From a virus, in the IMG/VR virus record IMGVR_UViG_3300032893_000013, positions 1 through 64,000 of that record: a stretch of DNA of 64,000 nucleotides. One strand, written 5' to 3'. Numbering within the stretch: position 1 is the stretch's first letter; every line of letters begins with the position of its first letter. Of this stretch, positions 8,758 to 19,200 are shown in pieces. A program made the translations under genes and the position numbers. The notes under the pieces are model-generated. The model was given only the letters and a program-made list of their open reading frames with translations. It did no database searches and was not told the origin of the DNA.

Positions 8758-9225
8758 TTAGGTGCCGGACAACAGATCCGAAGCGCCAGCCGATTCACCT
8801 TGCGAACCGGATTCATCTTCGCTACGAAGACCGAGGTAGTTGACTGTAAAGTCGCTGACCGAGCGAGCGGCAACGCCAGAACTGTAACCAACCGGGCGAA
8901 CGCCAACGACCGACAAGATTTTCTTGTTGGTTTGACGATCATAAAGAGCGAGAGAAATATCTTCGTGAGCCATAAGCTCTTGAAGTTTCGGAAGAGCAGC
9001 AGAAACATAGGCGCCATTGTCAACCACGCGAAAGCCAGTAGCGGTCACGGAGATCGCATCTTGTCCAGTGTAGGTGATTTCAGCGGGCGAGTAGCGACCA
9101 AGGATGAAACTTGGAACTGCATCGTAATTGACTCCCCATTGGCAGCTTGTAAAAATGCCAACGATCTTGCCATTCACAATCAGTTGTGCTCTCGCACCAT
9201 GTAAAATTCTTTGCGGTGTACCCAT
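8758..9225 (-). CDS. Tail tube protein
   Basis: 155 aa, beta-rich, directly downstream of sheath. Confidence 0.8.
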   Translation of the reverse strand: MGTPQRILHGARAQLIVNGKIVGIFTSCQWGVNYDAVPSFILGRYSPAEITYTGQDAISVTATGFRVVDNGAYVSAALPKLQELMAHEDISLALYDRQTNKKILSVVGVRPVGYSSGVAARSVSDFTVNYLGLRSEDESGSQGESAGASDLLSGT

Positions 9226-9239
9226 TAGCTAAACTCCTT

Positions 9240-12056
9240 TTAAGCGCCAGCGGCATTCGAGGAAGATTGGATTCCTTCGATGTCCAGGTCAATCGGGATG
9301 AAGTAAATGCTGGTAGCTTCGACAGCCACAACTTTGACTTGCAACACGCCTGGAATGATATTGATTCCGATGGACTTCCATCCGCCCGGAGCCTGAGCCG
9401 TTCCGACAGTGAACTTGAGGGCCAAGAACTCTGCCATCTTTCCTTCGACGAAAGTCTGAACCGCGCTGTTCGTGACATCGGCGACAGATTCACCGACGAA
9501 CGCATTCTTGAGAGCCGAAGCGAGGCTAAGAGCCATCAAGTCAGCAACATACACAGCTTGCAAGCTGTTGTACACGAAGTTGTTGTCCAAACCATAAGTC
9601 ATTTGGTCGGACGCGAAAGCGAGCGAACCATCGTCTTGAGTGCAAATCGGGATCAAACCGGCAGACAGAGCCTGTTCGGTCTGTGCGACGTTTTCATCGT
9701 CATAATCCTGGTGCTTAACGCCACTGATGTTGAGGGCTTTCGGGAAGATCGCCTTGTAAGCGCCAGCGGCTTGCATACCAGCGGCCATTGCAGCGCCCAT
9801 CCACGGTTGGAAGGTGTGCAGTTGACCATCAGATCCGCTGTTAACGATGTCTTGGAAGACATGGGCAACACGGAACGTTGACATCGTGCGAGCCGATGCT
9901 TGAGCGACAGCGAACGAAGATTTCTTGGAAACGACGCCGATACGATGACGTTTCACTTTGGCAGTAGACATGCTCAAGCAGTGAGTTTTCACGGCGGCAT
10001 TCACTGCATCAACAGTGTAGGTCGAAGACGAATCGGTTTCTGCAACTGCAACGTCAAGCGAAGCATCTTGCGAGAAGAGAGGAACGACGAAGTTGCAACG
10101 AACGCCTTGGAGGGCGTCGATAGCTTGCGACACGGCCAAGCCGGTCGATCCACCTTTTGCTCCACCGCTCAAGAACATAGCCGTATTGTCTTCGGGAAGA
10201 CCGGCAGTCGCGTTGGCAGCGTAGGAAGCGAGCTTCGAGCCTTGGTTCACACCAGACGGAGAAGACTCAATATCCCACAGATCATGCTTAACCCGGCCAG
10301 GCATATTGCCCAGATCGGATGCAATGTTGAAAGTTGTTTCGTCAAGAACGCTTGGATTACGCTGACCGTCAAGAGTAGAAGCAACAGCAGCAGTATAGCC
10401 AGTGTTAGCGTTGATCTTAGCGACCAGATCGGAAATAGTAGAAATTTTCGACAGATTGAGGCTAAGGTTGGCACCAGATCCCCCAACTACGCTGGTAGTC
10501 AGCATGAGATTTTGTCCGACCATACCGATGGTGCAAGAAGCCGAAGTTCCGTTGTATCCAATGCTCAAAGCGACATCGCCGCCGACGAGGAAAGTTTCAA
10601 GGGAATTAGTCGAGACGCGAGAAAGAGTGATTGTCTTTTCAAGTTCAGCCGCTGAAACCATCATCGTTTGGAGCCACGAAGCGGGAGCGTTTACGCCCAA
10701 CTGCAACATGACAGTGCTGATGTTGACGGCACCGCCGTTGTCGTAAATTTCCAATGTTTTTCCAATGCCTTTGATCTGAGGATCAAGGTCTTGGATGTCA
10801 GTCACGGCAACAATAGGAGTAGCCGAAACTGCAACGGGGTTACCGTTGGACAAGCGAGACATTTGGATGAAAGCGGAAGCGGTCGTATTAGAGTACGAAA
10901 TGATTTGATACCAACCGACGTTCGCATTGCCAGCGCCTTGGTAAGCGGAGCCAGCGGGAATGTAAACGATGTCGCCAACGCGGGGATTCGAGGCCCACAC
11001 TTGACCGCCAGCCAAAGTGGCAGTAGCGACTGCGCCGACAACGGAAATTGCCACGTTCTGACCGACTTTGCCAGTCAAAATGTTGCGGTTCGTTCCGCTC
11101 ATGTTGTTGATTTCCATAGAGCTATACTCAAGCATGTCGTTTGACGGAGTAGCCGAGATTGCAACAGGAGCAACGGCGACAGGAGCGCCGGAAGTGATTT
11201 TCAGAGCAGTGATTTGAGCAGCGCCCGAAACGTTCGACACGGCGGTAACCAAATACCAACCGACGTTCGCATTGCCAGCGCCCTGAATGACAGAGCCGGA
11301 AGGAATGTGAATGGTGTCACCGGCAGCAGGAGTGCCAGCGAAAACGCTAGGATTCGCAAGCGAAATGCTTACGCTTTGTCCGGAAAGGACGCTCAATTGA
11401 ATATTGACTCCAGTCAAGCTGGCAAGGACACCGATGTCAACGCCGCCAACCGCATTCAAACCAGAAAGGTTCGTGATTGCAGAAGCGAGTGAAGACGGAA
11501 GTTCGTTTGCCGAGATAGACAGAAGTTGTTTTGCGCCGCCGTTAACGCGCAGAGCCGCTTGAGAAGCAGATGCGGACGGAACATACGAAAACATGCCGGT
11601 CGAAGGAGCTTCTTCCGGAGTCGTAGTGGCAGTGGATTCTTGAATGCTATCGCCAGCTTCACCGCCGCGAAGAGCAGTGTAGGCGCCATGGCCATCAAGA
11701 GTGGCAAACATAGCTTTGGTTGAATTGTTCGGTTTTACAAGAATGATGCTTTGCGGGCCGCCCGTAATACGGGGAGAAGCCGAGGGAGCGGAAATAGCGC
11801 GGAAAGCGTCTACAAGATGGCCTGAACCATACTTGGCAACGACAGAAGCGATGTCGGTAGCGCCGAAGGCGTTAGCGGACAGCTTGTTCCCATTGGCCAA
11901 ATCTTGTGACCACGACGGACCTTCGTCAGCTTCACCAATCAACGCAACAACGCCGGAAGTCGAAATCCCGCTGGGATTAGAAATGACATTGATGTTGACC
12001 GCGCTGTCCGGAATAATCATTGTTCCGCCCTGCGCTAAAGTAAATGTAAAAGCCAT
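9240..12056 (-). CDS. Contractile tail sheath protein with inserted beta domains
   Basis: VALIGEADEGP N-terminus, FLSGGAKG and sheath-type C-terminal domain; position upstream of tube. Confidence 0.88.
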   Translation of the reverse strand: MAFTFTLAQGGTMIIPDSAVNINVISNPSGISTSGVVALIGEADEGPSWSQDLANGNKLSANAFGATDIASVVAKYGSGHLVDAFRAISAPSASPRITGGPQSIILVKPNNSTKAMFATLDGHGAYTALRGGEAGDSIQESTATTTPEEAPSTGMFSYVPSASASQAALRVNGGAKQLLSISANELPSSLASAITNLSGLNAVGGVDIGVLASLTGVNIQLSVLSGQSVSISLANPSVFAGTPAAGDTIHIPSGSVIQGAGNANVGWYLVTAVSNVSGAAQITALKITSGAPVAVAPVAISATPSNDMLEYSSMEINNMSGTNRNILTGKVGQNVAISVVGAVATATLAGGQVWASNPRVGDIVYIPAGSAYQGAGNANVGWYQIISYSNTTASAFIQMSRLSNGNPVAVSATPIVAVTDIQDLDPQIKGIGKTLEIYDNGGAVNISTVMLQLGVNAPASWLQTMMVSAAELEKTITLSRVSTNSLETFLVGGDVALSIGYNGTSASCTIGMVGQNLMLTTSVVGGSGANLSLNLSKISTISDLVAKINANTGYTAAVASTLDGQRNPSVLDETTFNIASDLGNMPGRVKHDLWDIESSPSGVNQGSKLASYAANATAGLPEDNTAMFLSGGAKGGSTGLAVSQAIDALQGVRCNFVVPLFSQDASLDVAVAETDSSSTYTVDAVNAAVKTHCLSMSTAKVKRHRIGVVSKKSSFAVAQASARTMSTFRVAHVFQDIVNSGSDGQLHTFQPWMGAAMAAGMQAAGAYKAIFPKALNISGVKHQDYDDENVAQTEQALSAGLIPICTQDDGSLAFASDQMTYGLDNNFVYNSLQAVYVADLMALSLASALKNAFVGESVADVTNSAVQTFVEGKMAEFLALKFTVGTAQAPGGWKSIGINIIPGVLQVKVVAVEATSIYFIPIDLDIEGIQSSSNAAGA

Positions 12057-12088
12057 GCTATCTCCTAATCAGGTAACAAACTACAGTA

Positions 12089-12113
12089 TTAAGATTCTTC
12101 CCTAAATACCTGA
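12089..12113 (-). promoter_or_regulatory. Late-promoter-like motif copy upstream of sheath
   Basis: TCA-ggtat-TTA-gggaa-GAATCTTAA. Confidence 0.7.
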
Positions 12114-12119
12114 AATTCT

Positions 12120-12383
12120 TTATTTTTCCAAGGGAATTCCGAAATGCTTCATTCCCTCAATCCATTTTTCCGGCTTGTTCAGCCAGCCCATAGCCCGTAA
12201 ATGAGCTTTACAGGACTCCATTAGAAGCGGAGTGCCATTTTTTACACACGAATGCCAACACTGCTCAAAGGTCTGCCAGCGGACATAATTCGGACGAGAA
12301 TTCTGGACGGTATGTCTACTGTCCATCGAAACTGCCGGTTTTTCATTTTTAGGTTCTTCACGTCTTTGCTTTGACATACACAA
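12120..12383 (-). CDS. Small late protein
   Basis: In late operon upstream of sheath; GGGG RBS. Confidence 0.65.
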   Translation of the reverse strand: MCMSKQRREEPKNEKPAVSMDSRHTVQNSRPNYVRWQTFEQCWHSCVKNGTPLLMESCKAHLRAMGWLNKPEKWIEGMKHFGIPLEK

Positions 12384-12388
12384 CCCCT

Positions 12389-13450
12389 TTATACGGGTTT
12401 GTTGGCCTGTCCTGGTCTGTTGGGCTGAACCTTCATTGGCTTATCAGCCGATGCCATTATGGCATCTTTTGCGTCTTTCGACGGTTCTTTCATATTTTCC
12501 GGCTTCTCTTCCGACTTCACAGTCAAGTTGTTTTCCGGACTGCGTTGCTTACGCGGATCTTTCAAAGTCCTCAAGTGGTTGAAAAAGCGGTGCATTGCTT
12601 CATGTCCCTTGCGTTCAACTTGGTGCATTGCTTTGGGCAAGCTGACCATTCCTTCAGCGACCGCGTGCGACCGCTCTTCGGGACTGCCAGGAGGATGAGG
12701 TTTGTCATCTTTTGCGATCACCGCGCCAAAACCTGCGTTCGGGCGAGAAGTGGGAGTCGAGGGAGCGCCAACGCCGCCGAGAGCTTTCTTCATATGGCGA
12801 CCGGGATTTTCTGGCTTAACGCCAGCGGCTACGCAGACTGCGTGTGGATTTTTTACACTAGGACTTTGTTCCTTGACGTGTTCAACGCAACGATCATGTT
12901 TGCTTTCGGCAGCTTTGTGAACGTGTTCGGGTAATTTTTTCCCTTTTGAGGCTTCGTCGAATTCATGAACGGTCGCGTGGCTGATTTCGCCTCGATTTTC
13001 CATTGCATGAAATTTTTTCCTTTGAGCATCAGAAACGTAAGGCTTACCGAGAGGAGCCGGTTTCTTTTCAGAAGCAGTCAAAGTCTTCATGCACTTGCTC
13101 ATGAATCCCTTCCAATCGTGCTGACTTCTGTGAAGTTGCGACGTAGTGGAACCTGGATCTGCTTTGACAATTCCGGTGGACGCATCGGCTCCGGCGCCGG
13201 GATTCAAGTTGGACTGCATTGCGCCCATCTCGCCCATTTGGCCGCCCTTGTCGAGAAGGGTGCCGGGAAGTTTCGTGTGAGGATCAATTTTCTTGAGTTC
13301 TTCTTGAACATCTTCGATGGCTTTCTTGAGCGGAGCCATATGCTGCGAGCGAATTTCTTTGATGAATTCATTCACCACGTCACGGAGATTGCCGCGCTTG
13401 TTTTGCTCAAGCATCTCATTTACAAGCTCTAAAGCCTTTTTGGTGTCCAT
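12389..13450 (-). CDS. Putative internal head polyprotein of small modules
   Basis: About 10 hydrophobic-x-K motifs (LKKA, IVKA, VHKA, MKKA, IAKD, TVKS) separating short modules. Confidence 0.7.
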   Translation of the reverse strand: MDTKKALELVNEMLEQNKRGNLRDVVNEFIKEIRSQHMAPLKKAIEDVQEELKKIDPHTKLPGTLLDKGGQMGEMGAMQSNLNPGAGADASTGIVKADPGSTTSQLHRSQHDWKGFMSKCMKTLTASEKKPAPLGKPYVSDAQRKKFHAMENRGEISHATVHEFDEASKGKKLPEHVHKAAESKHDRCVEHVKEQSPSVKNPHAVCVAAGVKPENPGRHMKKALGGVGAPSTPTSRPNAGFGAVIAKDDKPHPPGSPEERSHAVAEGMVSLPKAMHQVERKGHEAMHRFFNHLRTLKDPRKQRSPENNLTVKSEEKPENMKEPSKDAKDAIMASADKPMKVQPNRPGQANKPV

Positions 13451-13460
13451 ATATGATCCC

Positions 13461-13958
13461 TTATTTTTTTCCTTTTAAGCCATATCCATTGACTGTCATT
13501 GGCGACTGAATCTCTTTTGGATTGTCAACAATGCCACGAGTCGTAACAATTTGCGGTTCACTCACCGCTGCCGGTTGAGGCTGTACCGACTTTTTCATTG
13601 CCTTCTTAACAATTCCGCTCAAGCGCGGATCGAACAACTTGTTCGACTTTACTCCATTCGAGGACACTGAACGAGGGTGCATACGCTGGCCCTGAACAAT
13701 TCCGCTCTGACTGGGTGCCGGTTTCATCTTCGAGTAATCGAGAGTGTTTCCGGCTTTCGGAGTCTCGGGCAGCTTCTTCATCTGACGAACTTGCTTGAGC
13801 ATATTTTTCAGATAGTCATTCTTGTCGAGCTTTTCAGACGCGAAAAGATTAGTGCCAGAACTTTTCTGCAAATTTTTCTCAATAGAATCAGCTTCGCCTT
13901 TGATGCGGAGCCATTGTTGCAACTTTGCTTGAAGTTCCTTCTCGGTCATTACACCCAC
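13461..13958 (-). CDS. Putative internal head protein
   Basis: LQKS, LDKN, VKKA, MKKS motifs; late operon. Confidence 0.65.
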   Translation of the reverse strand: MGVMTEKELQAKLQQWLRIKGEADSIEKNLQKSSGTNLFASEKLDKNDYLKNMLKQVRQMKKLPETPKAGNTLDYSKMKPAPSQSGIVQGQRMHPRSVSSNGVKSNKLFDPRLSGIVKKAMKKSVQPQPAAVSEPQIVTTRGIVDNPKEIQSPMTVNGYGLKGKK

Positions 13959-14398
13959 TCCCCACGGTGCGCGTGATGGACGAGTGATTTGACGGCTGAC
14001 TGAATACTGTCATGAACCATCGGATGCTGAGACTTTATATCGCCGGTCGCGCTGTCAATATGATGGATCGTGAACGACGGTTTTTTCTGAGCGGCGTTGT
14101 GCATGTCCATGTTGATTTCGTAATGTGAGTGCGATCCAGGAAGGCCGACCATATGAGTCATCGTTCCTGAAGTTGTGTGCTTGACTCCTAAATGGCGAAG
14201 GCCGGGTTTCGCACCGGCCAATCCTTGCTGAACCTGTGATTTCTCGGGTTCACCCGGAGCTTTAGGCTGGGCCGGGGCCGCAGGCTTCTGCGGCATGGGC
14301 ATGATCTTGGCGTCTTTTTCCAAATTTTTGACTTCGGAAATAGCGGCGCGCAAATCATTCAGGGATGTTAGTTTTTTCAGTAGTGCCTTATAGTCCAT
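13949..14398 (-). CDS. Putative internal head protein, His-rich
   Basis: LEKD after short N-terminal helix; directly after late motif. Confidence 0.65.
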   Translation of the reverse strand: MDYKALLKKLTSLNDLRAAISEVKNLEKDAKIMPMPQKPAAPAQPKAPGEPEKSQVQQGLAGAKPGLRHLGVKHTTSGTMTHMVGLPGSHSHYEINMDMHNAAQKKPSFTIHHIDSATGDIKSQHPMVHDSIQSAVKSLVHHAHRGEWV

Positions 14399-14411
14399 GG
14401 CTCTCTCAAAA

Positions 14412-14436
14412 TTAAGATTTAGTCTTAAATACTTGA
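14412..14436 (-). promoter_or_regulatory. Late-promoter-like motif copy
   Basis: TCA-agtat-TTA-agact-AAATCTTAA. Confidence 0.7.
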
Positions 14437-14437
14437 A

Positions 14438-15409
14438 TTAAGGATCATTTTCGCCATCCCAACCTTGTTCTTCAGCTTGCTCCAAAACGGCATCAGGCGA
14501 AGTCATGTCATCAATCTTGATGGTCGTACTTACGCCATCAATGAGAGGAGTGGTCGATTCGATTGCGGAATGTTCAACACGGCCAGTAACTTTTACAGTC
14601 CGGCCATACAAAAGGTTCGGATCATCTTCGGCTGAAGCGCGGAAAATCGGCCCGTAAGTTACCGAGGAGATAGCCCAGTTTCTTTCGCCCCACAAGACTT
14701 TCTTGTAGCGAATAAGCATAGTCATTACGATGGTATAGAGATACAAAACCTCGACAGCATCGGTCGCCAAAAGCTCAAGCTCAACATCTTCCCAAGCCCA
14801 AATTGATCGGCGCGTGTGGCCGACAAGATTTTGCGACGGACGAATGGTCATTCCGGTCAAGTTCGGGGCCGGGCTGAGTCCTTCTTCGAGGAGAAGGTTG
14901 GAATCATCAATCACGAGTTGGATTTGGTATGATTTTTTGTTGATTTCATCAAAGACGTATTGGCCTTCGTAAATATTCGATGTTGTAAGATTTACTCCAT
15001 CGCCGAAAGTCACTTGGCCGGTCAAATTGTCGTAGCTGATCGGAGTCGTTGGCGGCAAAAGAATCATCGGAGCCGGGAAAACGCCGCCGAGAGTTGCAGG
15101 ATCAACCTTTTCCTGTTGGAAACTGTCGCCGAGAGCGTCCTTGGCTTTGTCTTCATCGCCGGAGCCTACCTTGATGACGATTGCCGGGAATGTGGCCTGA
15201 TCGGGAAGGCGATGTTCTGTGAACACGAAAATTTTTCTATTGATGAAAGCCTTGAAGTTCTGGATTTCTTTTTCGCCATAGGCTTGCTTCAAGTATGGAT
15301 CTTTCATCAGATTGGAATAGGCGTCTTCCAAAACGAACTGATTCTTGCGGAGATCCGCAAGGCCAGCCGAGAGAGAAGAATACCAAATGAGATCCGTCTG
15401 AAAAATCAT
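14438..15409 (-). CDS. Virion structural protein, probable tail completion/terminator
   Basis: FPAIVI motif, acidic, position in neck-tail order. Confidence 0.55.
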   Translation of the reverse strand: MIFQTDLIWYSSLSAGLADLRKNQFVLEDAYSNLMKDPYLKQAYGEKEIQNFKAFINRKIFVFTEHRLPDQATFPAIVIKVGSGDEDKAKDALGDSFQQEKVDPATLGGVFPAPMILLPPTTPISYDNLTGQVTFGDGVNLTTSNIYEGQYVFDEINKKSYQIQLVIDDSNLLLEEGLSPAPNLTGMTIRPSQNLVGHTRRSIWAWEDVELELLATDAVEVLYLYTIVMTMLIRYKKVLWGERNWAISSVTYGPIFRASAEDDPNLLYGRTVKVTGRVEHSAIESTTPLIDGVSTTIKIDDMTSPDAVLEQAEEQGWDGENDP

Positions 15410-16290
15410 TATGTACCACTCACAATTTTAGAAATTGTACTTTCCCAAAGAACGTCAAGCTCTTTTTCGACTTCTTCAAAAGCATGAAAGCCTTCACGGC
15501 CTGGGTGATCCCACGCGCCGGTTCCTTTTTGCGAATCCGAAACTGTTCTGAACGTCAAAACGTCTTTCATGATTTTGCTTTTGCCAGTTTTCATCTTCAC
15601 TTCGCGCTGATAGATTGCAATGCCGGACAGAAGTGGTCTGAAAGTCTTTTCATGCTGCGGAGCGCCGCGTCTATTCATCGCCTCTTCGAGTCTTCGTGTA
15701 GCGTCGTTTTTAACACGACCGAGGACTGGCTTACCGTCCGCTGCGGTGATCGTTTTGTCGAGGCCATGTTCTTTAAGTTGCTGTTTTACGAAAGAAGCAA
15801 TTTTGTTCTGGGCCAGAGACATTTGACTTGATGGTCTGCTGTGCTCGAAAGGAACGGCAGCGTATCGGCCATTCTTACCTTTTTTCACCCACGATTGACC
15901 GGCATTCTTACCTTTTTTCACCATCGACTTGGAGCCGAGGAGATAGTCGATCATGTTGTGCTTAGGCTGGCCGTCTTCAATCCATTGGGCTGGCTTATAA
16001 AGAACGACAGACCAAATTTCATTCTCGGCGCTCGATTCAATCTTGAGAAGATCGAGATTCTCCATGTATTTCTGGCGCGTAGACTTGAGCTTCATTCCCT
16101 TGCTATTGCCCTTTTCGGTTTTGTCGCCGATCATGGCATGAGCTTGGCCCGCAAGAGTTTGAATTTCCTTCTTGGCTTTGTTTTTCACTTCTTCGGTGAA
16201 CGAATTGATGTCTTTATTGAGACTCCGAAGAGCCTCTTCCATGGAATAGACCTTAGCCATTTTTGCCCTCGCTAGGATCTTGTAATCCAC
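15409..16290 (-). CDS. Probable neck/tail-completion protein (HK97 gp10-like, SPO1/Twort type)
   Basis: Basic; WIEDG, YAAVPF-x-H, TFRTVSD, W-x-HPG motifs. Confidence 0.65.
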   Translation of the reverse strand: MDYKILARAKMAKVYSMEEALRSLNKDINSFTEEVKNKAKKEIQTLAGQAHAMIGDKTEKGNSKGMKLKSTRQKYMENLDLLKIESSAENEIWSVVLYKPAQWIEDGQPKHNMIDYLLGSKSMVKKGKNAGQSWVKKGKNGRYAAVPFEHSRPSSQMSLAQNKIASFVKQQLKEHGLDKTITAADGKPVLGRVKNDATRRLEEAMNRRGAPQHEKTFRPLLSGIAIYQREVKMKTGKSKIMKDVLTFRTVSDSQKGTGAWDHPGREGFHAFEEVEKELDVLWESTISKIVSGT

Positions 16291-19200
16291 CGCCGAACGA
16301 AGACCATTCTCCAGACTGTCCTTTTATACGCTCATCCTGTGACGAATATCGGCGAATAGAACCGGGAGCGTAAACCATTTTTCTTCGATGAATCGGCTCA
16401 TCTTGCGCTGGCTGTCCAGGTTGTGAAGGCTGACCGGGCTGTCCGCCGCCATCTTGTTGCATCTGAGCTTGCTGCTCTTCGATTTGTTGCTGGATTTCCA
16501 GTTCATGAACAAGAGCTTGAGGATCTTCTCCAGTTTTGCGCTTGAAAACGGAAATGAGCGATTGCACGAGCTTATGAATAGCCTCATACGCTTGAGGATT
16601 CGATTCTTTCAATTGATTCCACGTCTCGGCATTGTCTTTGATGGCCTTCAAGGTCATGGCAACTTTGGTGCGCGTCGAAGCATCAACTTCACTCTTACGA
16701 ATGGCTTCTTTATAAGTCGGATTGCCTTTATGTTCAGGATTGCTCTGAGTAGGAAGTTCGCCATACGTTCCCTCAGAATATTTCATTTTCTTCGGAATAT
16801 TGCCGTATCCTTCTTGCATATGAACGGGCAGCGGGACGGGCAAAGATGGAACTTCGATCTGTTTCAGTTCAAGGTGCGGATCTTTTTTGCGATCTTCGAC
16901 GTGCTGAATGTATGCAGCTTCGTTTTGATCTTGAATGCCGCTCAAATATTTCTCATACGCATCGCCGATTGCGTCCAAATGTTCTGGCTTTAATTCTTTG
17001 AACGACGCCGGAGCGAGCTTACTTTTTTGCCCCCATGCTATGAGTGCGCGAGCGCCATGGTCAAGATTGCCCTTTTTGGCATCTTCCATCAACTCCTTAG
17101 CCTTGCCCTTATCTTTGATTTGGATTTGCGTCATTTGACCAGAGATAGGAGCTTTCGATTGGGGCTGCCAAATATGGACTGGCGTATTCCCAAAACCCTT
17201 TTGACGCATGTACTCTTTGAATGCTTCGTGTAAAACTTCACTAGGATGGCGATTGCCAAACAGAATATTGGTAATTTTCTGAACATGCTCTTCAGGATAA
17301 TAGTCTTTTGCACGCTTCATGGCATCTTCGGCCTGCTCTTCAGAAATGGCTCCCGTGCGCAACGCCTCTTTTGCTTGCTCAGCCACTTTCTTAATCATAG
17401 ATTGACCAAAGTCGGTCTGAACTTCATCAATGTGAAAGCCAGTTTCTGGATTCCCAGTGTAACGTACCCATCCTAAAGTGTTAGGACGCACTGGATGGCC
17501 AGAGCGGAAAGTAGCTTCATGGATTTTTTGGAATGTAGGAAGAACTCCCTCTTTTTCCATTTGCGCCACTTGATCTTGTGTATAATTCAATTGGAAAACG
17601 CCCTGCTTTTCGTCAGAATGGCGTTGGCCGCCTTCCCAATCGCTGTGAGAAGTATTGTATCCAGTTCCTGGCATTTGGTCGATATATCCCTGAATATCCT
17701 TCGAGGAAATTGTGCCTTTCGGACTGAACAGCTTATCAATCGGTGCGGTGTTTACGCCCATAGACTTCATCTTGGACTTCGACATCGTTCCGCCATTTTG
17801 ATCCAAGAAATCACGCAAAATGCGAAGAGGATGTGTTCCCAATTTAACATTGACGGGATCGGCAGTAGGAGGAAACCTTCGCTGTTGAACATGATGGGCA
17901 GCTTTGCGAATGTGTGTAGCGTCGCTGTTCAAAGCGTGGTTGATGACTTCCGCAGTTGCATTTGGGTGCCTAACCGCAGCTTCTTGAGATTGCGCATTCG
18001 GAACTTTCTGCATAACACCAAGCAGAGATTCGGGGCTGATGTTGAAATGAGGCTCCAAAGCTGCACGCAAGCCCGCTTGATAATCGCCTTTTTCGACAGC
18101 CTTATTGACGATAGCCTGTGCCATTTCATTAGGAGCGGCGGCATGATCGAGTGCCTTTTGGGCAACACTATCATCGTCAGGAAATTTTTCGAGTGCAAGC
18201 TGTATATGCTCAGGAGTCGCTTTGGGATTGCTCAACGCTTTCTTTGCCAAATCGACATCGCCAGATTCAATGGCTTGCTTTATATGTTCAGGACGCAAGT
18301 TTTTTGTGTTGCTTAGAACGGCCTTCTTCATGTCATCATCATAATCGCCGCCCAAAACATGAGAAATCAATTCAGGCGTCATATTTTCGTTTGCGGCAGC
18401 GGTATCACGCACCATCTTTAGAGGATGGTCAAGACCTTGCTTCAACTGTTCGGGAGTGATGTTTTCTTCATCTGCCCAAGGAGCTTTTACTGCTTCAGAA
18501 ACGTGGCGTGGAAGAAATTTATCAGACGAAGACCAGTTTTTTAACTCATCGGCAAACATTTCATTCATCCGCTGATAAACTGCATCACTATTCGACTCGT
18601 CGTATCCTTCGTAAATAGAATCCGGAGTCTGCTCGTTGTCCATGGCAGATTTGAATGCTTCTTGAGATTTATCTTCCAAATCTCCATCGTATTCAGGAAG
18701 ATCCTCCAACTCGCTATCGTCTAAATCTTTGAGTTTTACAGTTTTGGGATTGTGACCGTTATAGTCAGTTTCCGGCTCATCGGACATAAAATTTGGATTT
18801 GGAACGGCCTCTTCGCCTTTATTTTCTCTGAGCCATTCCTTTTTCCAATCGCTGTAATCTTTGTCGAAATATGCCTGAGAAAGTTCATCGTCACTGAAAT
18901 TTTTCAGATAATCAGAAAGAGGATTGTCCTCTTGAACTTCCTGTTCCGCTTCTTCCCGGTAATCATCCCAGAGATTGTCTTCGTGCTCTTCACGAAATTT
19001 CTTTTTTAGATCGTCCTCATCGTAACCCTTACGATGAGCGTCTTGATCCCATAAGCTCAACATTTCTAAAGCATGTTTGGGATCTATATTGGCATTATTG
19101 AAGAGCGCAAATTTTTGGTCAAAGTCACCATGACGCTTGATGTGTTCGATCTGATCTGGCGTCAAATATTTCGACTCAGCGGCGGCTTGAGCCATACGAG

